From a virus (taxonomy: Duplodnaviria; Caudoviricetes): a DNA stretch of 54,967 nucleotides. The stretch is taken from positions 1 to 54,967 of IMG/VR virus record IMGVR_UViG_3300033146_003625; one strand, 5' to 3'. Position numbers and translations under genes: made by a program. Positions 1 to 9,567 of the stretch are shown piece after piece. The notes below the pieces were generated by a model, which did no database searches, was not told the DNA's origin, and saw only the letters and a list, made by a program, of their open reading frames with translations. Each line of letters opens with the position of its first letter. Positions within the stretch are counted from its first letter, which is position 1.

Positions 1-337
1 TTTGCTCAAATATTCCATGCTCTGGACATATTATTTTAATCTTGGTTTTATTATTTATATATTCAACCAGTGAATAATCATACCTGTCACCATGGATTAC
101 TTGGGCTTTTTTTATAAATTCTTCAGTTGTTGGATTATAATTATCAGAACATTTAGAACATCCAGCTTTTGAATTAATATGAGCACCAGCTAATTGTTCA
201 AATATTCCATGTTCTGAGCATATTATTTTAATTTTTGTATTAATATTTTTATATTCAACCAGTGAGTAATCGTATTTATTACCATGAATAGTTTTAGCTT
301 GTTGTATAAATTGTTCAGTTGTTTTTCTTTTAGCCAT
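1..337 (-). CDS. Partial Zn-ribbon-repeat (DUF723-like) homing-type endonuclease, runs off the window start
   Basis: My translation: MAKRKTTEQFIQQAKTIHGNKYDYSLVEYKNINTKIKIICSEHGIFEQ..., the same repeat as 827..1900; not in the ORF track. Confidence 0.8.
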   Translation of the reverse strand, partial: MAKRKTTEQFIQQAKTIHGNKYDYSLVEYKNINTKIKIICSEHGIFEQLAGAHINSKAGCSKCSDNYNPTTEEFIKKAQVIHGDRYDYSLVEYINNKTKIKIICPEHGIFEQ

Positions 338-384
338 ACATATTATCTTAGTGTAAAAGTGTAAAAGTGTGCCATTTTTAAATA

Positions 385-411
385 AAAAAAACTCCCAAAA
401 AATTGGGAGTT
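385..411 (-). terminator. Intrinsic terminator
   Basis: aactcccaa/ttgggagtt inverted repeat with a U-tract on the minus strand, downstream of 440..766. Confidence 0.7.
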
Positions 412-439
412 AAGGGTGAAATCTCTCTATTACTAGAGT

Positions 440-766
440 TTATTTTTTCTTTTTTTTCATTACATTCTGCTTTGAGTTTGGTTTTCTCATTTGTTTCTCT
501 GTAGCAGCGTAATGTGTCATCTCTTCTGCTTCTTCTGAAGTTCTTGTATTTTTTCCAGAGAGTGCTTTAATCTTCATCTCAACAAGTTTAAATCTAGACT
601 CCTCAAAAGTTTTAAGATACATATCAATTACTTGTTTTAGTTCAACAAGTTGATTTTCATTTTTCCAAACAATACCTTGTTGTTCTCCAATTACTTTAGC
701 AGCAATATAATCAATTTCTCTATCTTCAGCGTATTTGTTTATTTGGGTAAATAATACTTTGTTCAT
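440..766 (-). CDS. Hypothetical protein
   Basis: 108-aa ORF with AAGGAG SD and upstream AAGATAA motif. Confidence 0.7.
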   Translation of the reverse strand: MNKVLFTQINKYAEDREIDYIAAKVIGEQQGIVWKNENQLVELKQVIDMYLKTFEESRFKLVEMKIKALSGKNTRTSEEAEEMTHYAATEKQMRKPNSKQNVMKKKKK

Positions 767-826
767 ATATTTAATTCTCCTTACGACAATTTCTTTATAT
801 TATCTTGCTTAATAATAATAAAAGGT

Positions 827-1900
827 TTAAAAAAGTAATTTATTTAATTTTTCTACTATATTTTCATTATATTTTATTCTTATTAATTTTATATTATTAT
901 CTTCACAGTATTTAGTTTTAATATTGTCATTTTGTTTTATATATTCTAAAGAATTTATTCCTCCCCAATGTTTTTTAACAATAAAATGTTGTTCACCATC
1001 ATATTCTATACATATATTATATTTTACAATATAAAAATCAAAAGGAAGAGACTGTTTATTTTTACAATTATTAAATTTGTATTGTTTAATATGTGTTATA
1101 TCATTTTTAATTAAATATTGCGTTATGAGTTTTTCGCCTTTAGACTCTTTACAAATTGGGCATCCATGATTTGATAAATGATTATTAGGCGTTTGTTCAA
1201 ATATACCATGCTCTGGACATATTATTTTAACTTTAGTATATGAATTTTTATAATCAACTAAAGAATAATCATATTTATCATCATGTACAACTTTAACTTT
1301 TTTTATAAATTCATTAGTTGTATAACTATATTTTTCACTGCATTTAGCACAATTTTGTCCTTGTAAATGACCGTTCGGTGTTTGTTCAAATATACCATGC
1401 TCATGACATATTATTTTAACTTTAGTATTTATATTAACATAATTAATTAAAGAATAATCATATTTATTACCATGTATTTGTTTGGCTTTTTCTATAAATT
1501 TTTCTGTTGTATATTTACAAGAACCAACGCACTTAGAACAAGATTGTCCAGATAAATGATTGTTAGGTGTTTGTTTAAATACTCCATGTTCTGGACATAT
1601 TATTTTAACTTTAGTATTTATATTAATATAATTAACTAAAGAATAGTCATATTTATCGCCATGTACTTGTTTAGCTTTTTTTATAAATTCTTCTATTGTT
1701 AATTTTTTTACTTTTTTACAAACTGGACAACCAGCACCATTTAAATGACTATTAGGTGTTTGTTCAAATATACCATGTTTTGAACATATTATTTTAATTT
1801 TTTTTCTATTACCGTTATAACAAACAAATTTATAATTATATTTATTATCATGTATTTTTTTAGCTTTTTCTATAAATTCTTCTGTTGTTAACAGTTTCAA
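827..1900 (-). CDS. Homing-type endonuclease: 4 Zn-ribbon repeats plus C-terminal PD-(D/E)xK/Vsr-like nuclease
   Basis: HGxKYDYS..KVKIICxxHGxFxQTPxxHL..CxxC repeats; SKGE...LPFDFY...IEYDGEQH. Confidence 0.85.
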   Translation of the reverse strand: MKLLTTEEFIEKAKKIHDNKYNYKFVCYNGNRKKIKIICSKHGIFEQTPNSHLNGAGCPVCKKVKKLTIEEFIKKAKQVHGDKYDYSLVNYININTKVKIICPEHGVFKQTPNNHLSGQSCSKCVGSCKYTTEKFIEKAKQIHGNKYDYSLINYVNINTKVKIICHEHGIFEQTPNGHLQGQNCAKCSEKYSYTTNEFIKKVKVVHDDKYDYSLVDYKNSYTKVKIICPEHGIFEQTPNNHLSNHGCPICKESKGEKLITQYLIKNDITHIKQYKFNNCKNKQSLPFDFYIVKYNICIEYDGEQHFIVKKHWGGINSLEYIKQNDNIKTKYCEDNNIKLIRIKYNENIVEKLNKLLF

Positions 1901-2085
1901 TAGTTTCTTTCACCATACACATAAATCATAAAATCATCATAATTTTTTATAATACCCGTTAATGACCCAGACATAGCGAATTCTATATATTCCTCAATCT
2001 TTTCTTCATCTTCTTCTTTAGGATCCCAACCACCAGTCCAGGTTTTAAAGTCATCAATAATATTCTTAGGAATAAAATCACTCAA
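1897..2085 (-). CDS. Hypothetical protein
   Basis: 62-aa ORF, overlaps the next start. Confidence 0.55.
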   Translation of the reverse strand: MSDFIPKNIIDDFKTWTGGWDPKEEDEEKIEEYIEFAMSGSLTGIIKNYDDFMIYVYGERNY

Positions 2086-2090
2086 TTATC

Positions 2091-2675
2091 TCACGACTTC
2101 TTTGATAATTGTCCTTTTGCAAGATAGACTTTTTCTTCATCAGTAAAAGTTGCACCTATATCACTTAAATAAATCATGTACTCAAGTTCTAATTCATCTT
2201 GTTTCTCTTTTGCCTCTTTTATATCCTCATCATCAACTTTATCTTGCCAAGGATTAATAATACAAGAATCATATTCCCAACACCATTTATCAAATTCAAC
2301 TTCCTTATGACAAGAATTATACTCATCTTCGGTTTGAATAAGGGAAGAAAGTTTCATTCCAGGGATACGATTATCAGAAAGAGCACGAACAAATTTCCAA
2401 CCACCTACATCTGCCCAATCGTTAAACATAGTTGTATATAATTGATATGTTGCCTCATTTCCATCAAATACTAACCCATGTTTATTTCCCTGAAAGGTTC
2501 TCTCTTCTTTGAATATAGAATCAGGGCTCGCTGTCCAGTCTTCCCATTGTTTATCGACCCACTCACTACTTTTCCTTAATTTATTTATAACGTCATCTTG
2601 TTCACCTGTAAATGAAAATTTAATTATAAATGATGCTGATGATGAATTTGATACAAAACCATTTCTTATTTTCAT
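2091..2675 (-). CDS. Phage protein of the MKIRxGFVSNSSS family
   Basis: N-terminal MKIRNGFVSNSSSASF. Confidence 0.75.
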   Translation of the reverse strand: MKIRNGFVSNSSSASFIIKFSFTGEQDDVINKLRKSSEWVDKQWEDWTASPDSIFKEERTFQGNKHGLVFDGNEATYQLYTTMFNDWADVGGWKFVRALSDNRIPGMKLSSLIQTEDEYNSCHKEVEFDKWCWEYDSCIINPWQDKVDDEDIKEAKEKQDELELEYMIYLSDIGATFTDEEKVYLAKGQLSKKS

Positions 2676-3028
2676 TTTAATGCTCTCCTATCTACCCCTA
2701 TCCATTCTACATATTCTAAATAATCAAAATTATCTAAATCAACATAGAATGTAATTTTATCTTTATTCTCTTTTATACTCCATTGATTGATATCATTTTC
2801 ATCCCAACCAAATAAATCCTTCTTTTCATCAATATATTCTTGCAAAGAAGGCTCACTATTATATCTATGAATATAATCTATTTCTTGTTTGTATTTATAT
2901 TCACAAAGTTCTTTAAAACTCTCTATCGGATCCAGTATTAATTCTTTCTGGTAAGGTGATATAAATCTTTTATCTATGATGAAGGAAGACGATGATGAAT
3001 TTGATACAAAACCTTGTCTTATTTTCAT
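2672..3028 (-). CDS. Phage protein of the MKIRxGFVSNSSS family (paralog)
   Basis: N-terminal MKIRQGFVSNSSSSSF; ATGA coupling. Confidence 0.75.
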   Translation of the reverse strand: MKIRQGFVSNSSSSSFIIDKRFISPYQKELILDPIESFKELCEYKYKQEIDYIHRYNSEPSLQEYIDEKKDLFGWDENDINQWSIKENKDKITFYVDLDNFDYLEYVEWIGVDRRALK

Positions 3029-3576
3029 TCTTCTACCACCTGAACCATATTTCCTTGAAGAAGAAATATAGCATAATCTGATTCTTCTATTTCTTCTTTA
3101 TCTATAGATATAAGAGCATTATGTGCTATAGTCCCAATATTTTTCATATTATGTATATATTTAGGCTCGGTGGTTACTGAATCCCATGTATAATATTGTG
3201 CCATACTTTTTTGTGCTTGCCAAATATTATTAGCAACTATGTTATTATAAGCTGAAGCATTATTACTAGGAATTGTAGTAATTATAGCTCCTGTAGGCAT
3301 ATTATTCACCTTTTGCATAGATTGCCATATATCTATTTCAATTTCTTCTTCCCAAGTCTCTATATCTACACCATATACAAATGTTTTATATTGTGTAATT
3401 TTACTAACATCTGTAATAGTGAAAATGTACGTCTTCTCCCATACCACAGTCTTAAACATTTGCCCTATAACAAATGGAGGCGGATAATCATTAGGAATAT
3501 AATGATTCATTTTTGGTGCCCATCTTTTTTGGTGTTTACCTACATAATCTCTTTTGTTTATATTTTTATACTGCAT
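3025..3576 (-). CDS. Hypothetical protein
   Basis: 183-aa ORF in a coupled operon. Confidence 0.65.
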   Translation of the reverse strand: MQYKNINKRDYVGKHQKRWAPKMNHYIPNDYPPPFVIGQMFKTVVWEKTYIFTITDVSKITQYKTFVYGVDIETWEEEIEIDIWQSMQKVNNMPTGAIITTIPSNNASAYNNIVANNIWQAQKSMAQYYTWDSVTTEPKYIHNMKNIGTIAHNALISIDKEEIEESDYAIFLLQGNMVQVVEE

Positions 3577-3577
3577 T

Positions 3578-3820
3578 CTATACTAACAATATATAGTTGG
3601 CTATATAGTTGTCCTCAACCTCCAAATCTGTAATATATGAAAATCTTTTTTCTACTAATCTATTGTATGTATATGTGTTCATATTTCCTGGAATCCACAG
3701 AATATCTTCGTCTTCATAATCTTTAAATGTCTTCTCTATAAAGAAAATATGATCGCCATCAGTGAATAAGGGAACATAATAGTTTTGGTCCGTAGAATCA
3801 TAATAAACGGGACATTTCAT
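3578..3820 (-). CDS. Hypothetical protein
   Basis: 80-aa ORF with TAGCATA motif just upstream. Confidence 0.6.
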   Translation of the reverse strand: MKCPVYYDSTDQNYYVPLFTDGDHIFFIEKTFKDYEDEDILWIPGNMNTYTYNRLVEKRFSYITDLEVEDNYIANYILLV

Positions 3821-4025
3821 AATATGAATTATGCTATTTATAGATATTTTTTATATATATTAAAGGAATTTTGTTCTAAAATTCATCTATTTCTGCCAGT
3901 TGCTATAGATTTTTCATCATTTAAATTCTTTAATTTAATTAAATCTTCTTCCGAAAATAAATCATAAAATTTGCCTATAGATGTTAAAAAAAATATTTTC
4001 AAAAGCTTGAGTTGTGAGCGGAACA

Positions 4026-4280
4026 TTAAATGTTTAAATTTATTTCCTTTATTCTAACATCATAGCCCTCAGCTTCACAAAACTTAATTCTCTCTTTAGA
4101 GTGCTTCTCGAGGATGGGATGGGTTTCATCATAGAAGTCATAAATTTTAACAGTATTTTTAATGACATTTCCTTCCTCATCTTTAAGGAGACGCATACCT
4201 CTACCAACCCTCTGAAGCGTTTTAATATAAGATTGTCCTCCGCCAGCTAATATAACATTCGTTATATTATCTATAGAAAT
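4026..4280 (-). pseudogene. Orphaned 3' end of a uvsW helicase allele
   Basis: Translates to ISIDNITNVILAGGGQSYIKTLQRVGRGMRLLKDEEGNVIKNTVKIYDFYDETHPILEKHSKERIKFCEAEGYDVRIKEINLNI*, collinear with the C-terminus of 5381..6922; the N-terminal part of the gene is absent. Confidence 0.9.
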
Positions 4281-4303
4281 ACTAATAATTATTGAAAATA
4301 CGT

Positions 4304-4310
4304 AAGATAA
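4304..4310 (+). promoter_or_regulatory. AAGATAA promoter-like motif 4 nt before ATG
   Basis: taagataactatATG; motif recurs upstream of many genes. Confidence 0.6.
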
Positions 4311-4314
4311 CTAT

Positions 4315-5409
4315 ATGATTAAAATATGCTTACAGTGTAACGAAAAATTCAATGCCAAGAATAAAAATGTTAAATATTGTTGTAAAAAATGTTATTATGA
4401 GAGTATGAAAACAACAAAAATTATTAAGTGTTTAACTTGTAATAAGGAATTTAAACAAACTTATGCTAAACAAAAATATTGTTCTAAGGAATGTTCCGGA
4501 AAAGCTCTTGAAAATAAAAATAATATATTAATATGCCCGGTATGTAATAAGAAATTTAATAAAAATAAAACTAAAACTAAAAAATATTGTTCTAAAAAAT
4601 GTTATAGTAAAAATACATATTTACCTATAATAACTAAAATATGTAAACAATGTGGGAAAAAATTTAAGACGAAAAGGTATGATGCTATGTATTGTTCTCG
4701 AGACTGTCATTATAAGCATGATACTATAATAGAAGAAAAACATAAAGTTTGCCCTCAGTGTAATAAAACATTTTCAGAGAAATATAATGACGGGATATAT
4801 TGTTCACAAGAATGTTACTTTGACTCTATAAAAAAGGAATTAAAAATATATATTTGCAAAAATTGTGGTAAAGAGATACTTGATAAGTATAGTAAAAGGG
4901 TATTTTGTTCAAATGAATGTAGAGATGTATGGAGAAAGACGGATGAAGGCCGGAAAGTTCAAGGCTTAAAGATGAAAGGTAAGATATCACCGAAAAGAGG
5001 TATAAAACTATCAGAAGAAACTAAGAAGAAAATAAGTCAGGGTACAAAGAAAGGTATGAAAAAAACTATGGAGAACAAAGGCAAAAATTGGCATCCATTC
5101 TTTAATAGAAAAGCTGCCGGATATTTTAGTAAATTTAATGAAGAAAATAATACAAATGGGCAGCATGCTTTAAATGGTGGAGAAAAAAGAATATATAATG
5201 AGGGTAACATATTCTTAGACTATATAAATGATGATTTAAAACTTATTATTGAATATGATGAATCACATCATAAATATCAGCAAGAAGAAGATAAAGCCAG
5301 GGAAATTAGAATAATAGAAAAGTTGCCTGAATATAAATTGATCAGAATAGATGACAATAAAGTAAACTCTTTTAATGATTTTAAAAATCAGGTAGATTTA
5401 TTTCTTTGA
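4315..5409 (+). CDS. Homing-type endonuclease: CxxC..F..YCSxxC (TRASH-like) repeats, NUMOD3-like segment, Vsr-like nuclease
   Basis: About 6 Cys-rich repeats; KLSEETKKKIS; FLDY..LIIEYDESHH..D..RE. Confidence 0.8.
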   Translation: MIKICLQCNEKFNAKNKNVKYCCKKCYYESMKTTKIIKCLTCNKEFKQTYAKQKYCSKECSGKALENKNNILICPVCNKKFNKNKTKTKKYCSKKCYSKNTYLPIITKICKQCGKKFKTKRYDAMYCSRDCHYKHDTIIEEKHKVCPQCNKTFSEKYNDGIYCSQECYFDSIKKELKIYICKNCGKEILDKYSKRVFCSNECRDVWRKTDEGRKVQGLKMKGKISPKRGIKLSEETKKKISQGTKKGMKKTMENKGKNWHPFFNRKAAGYFSKFNEENNTNGQHALNGGEKRIYNEGNIFLDYINDDLKLIIEYDESHHKYQQEEDKAREIRIIEKLPEYKLIRIDDNKVNSFNDFKNQVDLFL

Positions 5410-6922
5410 TTATTACTTCATATCCTTCTGCTTCAGCATATTTTATTCTTGCTTTAGAATGACGTTCTAATACAGGGTGGGTAGCATCATAAAAATCGTA
5501 CACTTTGACATCAACTTTTTCTACGCCATTCTCATCCGTAAATTTTCTCATGCCTCGCCCAATTCTTTGAAGTGTTTTTTCGTAAGATTGTCCTCCCCCA
5601 ATAATCAAAATATTATTGACACGTTTGAGGTCAACTCCTTCATCGAATATAGTTGAAGCTATAATAGTTTTAATTTCGTTATTTTCAAGCATTTCTACTG
5701 CTAATTCCCTATCTTTAACCTTATCTTTTCCTGAAAGGAAAAGTGCATCTTCCATTACATTATGTAGTTTAGCGCCATGCGAATCAACATATTTAACAAG
5801 AGCTAATACCGTCCCCGGGAGAGAGTTTGCCAAAGTTTTAATCATTTTATTTCTATATACATTATAGACTATACCTAAACGCTCCGCAGTTGCCCACTGT
5901 TTATCCTCTATGTTTTTCTCCACCTGTTCATACCAAACTTTAGTCTCCTTGATTAGATTACCTAGTTCGTCTCTTCTTGGGATACCATCTTCGTCTAAGA
6001 GTTTAGTTGTTTTCTGCCTTTTAACATTATTTATAACTTTGTTCACTTTAAGGAAAGTGATAATTGGTTTTACCAAATATCCCTGATCTATTAACTCTTT
6101 AGCAGGTTTATCATATATTATATCACCCAACCATGCTTTAACTTTATATGTTTTCAGTTTATTACTTTTGTTAAAAGGAGTAGCAGAGAAACCAAATCTA
6201 TATTCGAAGTCATATCTTGTTAGGAGAGCTTGATATCTACCTTGAGATGAATTATGTGATTCGTCTACAAATATTACTTCATAGTCTATTCTATTTAATT
6301 TATGAGCTGACTGAACAGTACAAGCAACAACCTGATGCTCTTCATCTACATTAGTACCTTGAACAAGACCTATGTCAATATTAGCTTTCATCATTCTTGC
6401 AACAATTTCTTTAGCAAGTTTTATATTTTTAAAAGCTATTAAAGTTTTCTTTTCCGTAAGTTTAACCCAGGCAGCGAAAATTTCACTTTTTCCCGCCCCT
6501 GTACCAGCTTTTATAGTACCATTTTTATGAGCAAGCATAGCTTTAACTGCATCAAGCTGGTAATCTCTTAAAATGATATCATTATTCTCATTATAGAGAA
6601 TATTCATGATCTTCTCGTCTGTGAAGTTCCATTCATCCACTCGTCTTTCATCTATAATTTTATATTTAGCCTTCAATTTATCTAACACTTTAATCAAGGT
6701 TGGTACAAGACCTATAGGCAATAATGCACCTGTCGGGTTATTTTCGCTAAGAGTAAGAAAGGAAACAGAAACAGCCAACTCCTTTCTAAATTTTCCATAC
6801 ACCCAACATTTAGAGGTATCTAATACTTTAAAGAAATTTGCTATATATTCAATACTATCAGGATGAGCTTCAATTATCGCTGTACGATTATCTAGAGTTA
6901 TTTTTGCTATTATTGGTCTCAA
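5381..6922 (-). CDS. uvsW: UvsW-like superfamily 2 DNA helicase
   Basis: LRDYQ, GTGAGKS (Walker A), DESH, SAT, IFDEGVD, QRIGRGMR. Confidence 0.9.
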   Translation of the reverse strand: MRPIIAKITLDNRTAIIEAHPDSIEYIANFFKVLDTSKCWVYGKFRKELAVSVSFLTLSENNPTGALLPIGLVPTLIKVLDKLKAKYKIIDERRVDEWNFTDEKIMNILYNENNDIILRDYQLDAVKAMLAHKNGTIKAGTGAGKSEIFAAWVKLTEKKTLIAFKNIKLAKEIVARMMKANIDIGLVQGTNVDEEHQVVACTVQSAHKLNRIDYEVIFVDESHNSSQGRYQALLTRYDFEYRFGFSATPFNKSNKLKTYKVKAWLGDIIYDKPAKELIDQGYLVKPIITFLKVNKVINNVKRQKTTKLLDEDGIPRRDELGNLIKETKVWYEQVEKNIEDKQWATAERLGIVYNVYRNKMIKTLANSLPGTVLALVKYVDSHGAKLHNVMEDALFLSGKDKVKDRELAVEMLENNEIKTIIASTIFDEGVDLKRVNNILIIGGGQSYEKTLQRIGRGMRKFTDENGVEKVDVKVYDFYDATHPVLERHSKARIKYAEAEGYEVIIKEINLPDF

Positions 6923-6949
6923 ATTTTTTATCCTACTTTTTTATATAAA

Positions 6950-6956
6950 TATGCTT
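6950..6956 (-). promoter_or_regulatory. AAGCATA promoter-like motif
   Basis: AAAGCATATTTATA upstream of uvsW; recurrent motif. Confidence 0.6.
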
Positions 6957-7006
6957 TATCTTCATAAGAATATACAAGATAATAGTATAAAATATGGAGG
7001 TTTTAA

Positions 7007-7426
7007 ATGGCTCAAGATAAAGCAGATTTATTAAAGAAAATAGAATATCAAGTGTTAAAAACTATAACATTTATCCCCACAGATGTAGACAGAGTAAAGA
7101 TGGCTCAATCTCTTCTTAATGCAGTAATTGACACCGGAGATACAATATTAGATTCTGAAATGCCAGAAACATTATTCGGTACTACACTAGATTGGAGTGT
7201 CGGAGCAGTTAATGATTTAATAGTGGGCATATCGCTAGGGGAAACAACCATTGAACAGGATTTAGCAGGAACAAATATAATAATGTCTGAATTCGAAGAA
7301 TATGAAGCTGCTATGGTTTTAGCAGAAATTATAAATAACGAATCTGTACCAGATTCAGGATATACATGGGTAGACACTGCTACAGCGCTGATAGATGCAT
7401 TAACTATAGCAGAAGCAATTAATTAA
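7007..7426 (+). CDS. Hypothetical acidic protein, possibly virion-associated
   Basis: GGAGG SD, AAGATAA at 6976; precedes the fibre-like gene. Confidence 0.7.
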   Translation: MAQDKADLLKKIEYQVLKTITFIPTDVDRVKMAQSLLNAVIDTGDTILDSEMPETLFGTTLDWSVGAVNDLIVGISLGETTIEQDLAGTNIIMSEFEEYEAAMVLAEIINNESVPDSGYTWVDTATALIDALTIAEAIN

Positions 7427-7437
7427 AGGAGGAATAA

Positions 7438-9312
7438 ATGTCAAATTTAATTGACGAATTGACGCAAATACAAAATACAAAAAATAGCTTAAAAAATGCT
7501 ATTAACTCAGCAGGAGGTACTATCGGGGAAGCTACTCCATTTAGCGATTATACATCACAAATAAATGGGATAAGTGGCAACGGTCCTACGTATCAAGATA
7601 TTCTTGACGATATAGATCCGTATGTAAGGCCTAACGATTGGCTGGCTTTACCTACTCTAACGGCTGGTGAAGAAAAAATGGTAGGTTTAGTATTAGTAGC
7701 TGACACTGATAGCGAATTTATATCTGTTAACTGTGAAGGTAATTACACGGTAAATTGGGGTGACGGAACAACTGAAAATTTTGATTCGGGAGTTCAAGCT
7801 GATCATAAGTATGTTTTTAGTTCATTAAACGCATCTAACGAAACAAGTGATGGGTATAGGCAAGCACTTATAACTATAACACCACAAAGTGGAATAAATT
7901 TAACATCTATAAATTTTAATGTTCATAAATCCGGATTAAATAGTAATTATGTTAATAGACTAACAGACGTTAAAATAGTAGGGTCTAATATAACGTTAAT
8001 AAATTTTACGAATAATAAAAATTTAGAACAATTTGAGTTTATAGGACCTAATCAGATTACCAATTTTTCTCGTATGTTTCAAAGTTGTTATTCACTACAA
8101 ACAATACCTTTAATTGATACATCATCAGGGACTAATTTTTCTGGTATGTTTCAAAATTGTCATTCGCTACAAACAATACCTTTAATTGATACATCATCAG
8201 GAACTAGTTTTTCTTCTATGTTTCAAAGTTGTTTTTCACTACAAACAATACCTTTGCTTGATACATCATCAGGGACTAGTTTTACTAGTATGTTTAGTAA
8301 TTGTTCTTCACTACAAACAATACCTTTAATTGATACATCATCAGGGACTAGTTTTTCTAGTATGTTTAGTAATTGTTATTCACTACAAACAATACCTTTG
8401 ATTGATACATCATCAGGGACTAGTTTTTCTGGTATGTTTCAAAATTGTTATTCACTACAAACAATACCTTTAATTGATACATCATCAGGAACTAGTTTTT
8501 CTTCTATGTTTCAAAGTTGTTTTTCACTACAAACAATACCTTTGATTGACACATCATTAGGAACTAGTTTTTATTATATGTTTTATAATTGTTCTTCACT
8601 ACAAACAATACCTCTGATTGACACATCATCAGGAACTAATTTTTCTAATATGTTTCAAAATTGTTATTCGCTACAAACAATACCTTTGTTTGATACATCA
8701 TCAGGAACTAGTTTTTCTAATATGTTTTATAATTGTTCTTCACTACAAACAATACCTTTGCTAGATACATCATTAGGAACTAGTTTTTCTTATATGTTTT
8801 ATAATTGTTCTTCACTACAAACAATACCTTTGCTAGATACATCATTAGGAACTAATTTTTCTTATATGTTTTATAATTGTTCTTCACTACAAACAATACC
8901 TTTGATTGATACATCATCAGGAATTAGTTTTTCTAATATGTTTCAAAATTGTTCTTCACTACAAACAATACCTTTGATTGATACATCATCAGGAATTAGT
9001 TTTTCTAATATGTTTCAAAGTTGTTCTTCACTACAAACAATACCTTTGCTAGACACATCATCAGGAACTAGTTTTTCTAATATGTTTTATAGTTGTTATT
9101 CACTTGGAAGTTGCAATATAGCGTCTATAAATACTACTATATCATTTCAAAATGATGCTTTATCTAAAAATGCAATAGTAGAAATATTTAATAATTTAAA
9201 ATCTGGAGTATCTGGACAAACGATAACATTAACTGGAAATTATGGGTCAGCTGATTTGATACAGAACGATTTAGATATAGCAATAAATAAAGGTTGGACC
9301 GTAACAACTTAA
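7438..9312 (+). CDS. BspA/DUF285-type leucine-rich-repeat protein, candidate tail fibre or adhesin
   Basis: VNWGDG (PKD-like) segment, 14 x 24-aa FSxMFxxCxSLQTIPLIDTSSGTx repeats, C-terminal cap IAINKGWTV. Confidence 0.8.
   Translation: MSNLIDELTQIQNTKNSLKNAINSAGGTIGEATPFSDYTSQINGISGNGPTYQDILDDIDPYVRPNDWLALPTLTAGEEKMVGLVLVADTDSEFISVNCEGNYTVNWGDGTTENFDSGVQADHKYVFSSLNASNETSDGYRQALITITPQSGINLTSINFNVHKSGLNSNYVNRLTDVKIVGSNITLINFTNNKNLEQFEFIGPNQITNFSRMFQSCYSLQTIPLIDTSSGTNFSGMFQNCHSLQTIPLIDTSSGTSFSSMFQSCFSLQTIPLLDTSSGTSFTSMFSNCSSLQTIPLIDTSSGTSFSSMFSNCYSLQTIPLIDTSSGTSFSGMFQNCYSLQTIPLIDTSSGTSFSSMFQSCFSLQTIPLIDTSLGTSFYYMFYNCSSLQTIPLIDTSSGTNFSNMFQNCYSLQTIPLFDTSSGTSFSNMFYNCSSLQTIPLLDTSLGTSFSYMFYNCSSLQTIPLLDTSLGTNFSYMFYNCSSLQTIPLIDTSSGISFSNMFQNCSSLQTIPLIDTSSGISFSNMFQSCSSLQTIPLLDTSSGTSFSNMFYSCYSLGSCNIASINTTISFQNDALSKNAIVEIFNNLKSGVSGQTITLTGNYGSADLIQNDLDIAINKGWTVTT
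8060..9105 (+). repeat. 72-bp tandem repeat array (14 full units plus a partial)
   Basis: ctacaaacaatacct recurs every 72 bp from 8095 to 9031. Confidence 0.95.
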
Positions 9313-9325
9313 TAAGGAGAAATAA

Positions 9326-9517
9326 ATGATAGGATTTTATAAAAACAATAATGGTAATTTATTATATGCAGAAAAAGCTGTATATAATAAAAATTATACA
9401 TTACTAATAGAAGAAAAAGATACATATACATATCCGGAAGATGGATGGTACTATTTTGATACAAAAGAAGAAGCTTATGAAGCTTTTGGTTTAGAAATAC
9501 CGACATCTGAAGAATAA
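9326..9517 (+). CDS. Small fibre-associated phage protein
   Basis: AAGGAG SD; GFYK...YTYPEDGWYYFD pattern; follows the fibre-like gene. Confidence 0.65.
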   Translation: MIGFYKNNNGNLLYAEKAVYNKNYTLLIEEKDTYTYPEDGWYYFDTKEEAYEAFGLEIPTSEE

Positions 9518-9535
9518 ACTATTTTAATATTAAAT

Positions 9536-9566
9536 AAAAAATGGAGGCTTTTAAGCCTCCATTTTT
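9536..9566. terminator. Bidirectional intrinsic terminator
   Basis: aaaaatggaggctt-tt-aagcctccattttt between convergent genes. Confidence 0.9.
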
Positions 9567-9567
9567 A

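Noticed and set aside
351-370. GTGTAAAA tandem motif (also near 35843, 42569, 50943) as an operator
   Set aside because: Short, AT-rich and inconsistently oriented
4304-4310. AAGATAA as a host sigma-28 -10 element (GCCGATAA)
   Set aside because: Only GATAA matches and no consistent TAAA -35 element was seen
8060-9105. CRISPR array
   Set aside because: 72-bp in-frame coding repeats with no unique spacers and no cas genes
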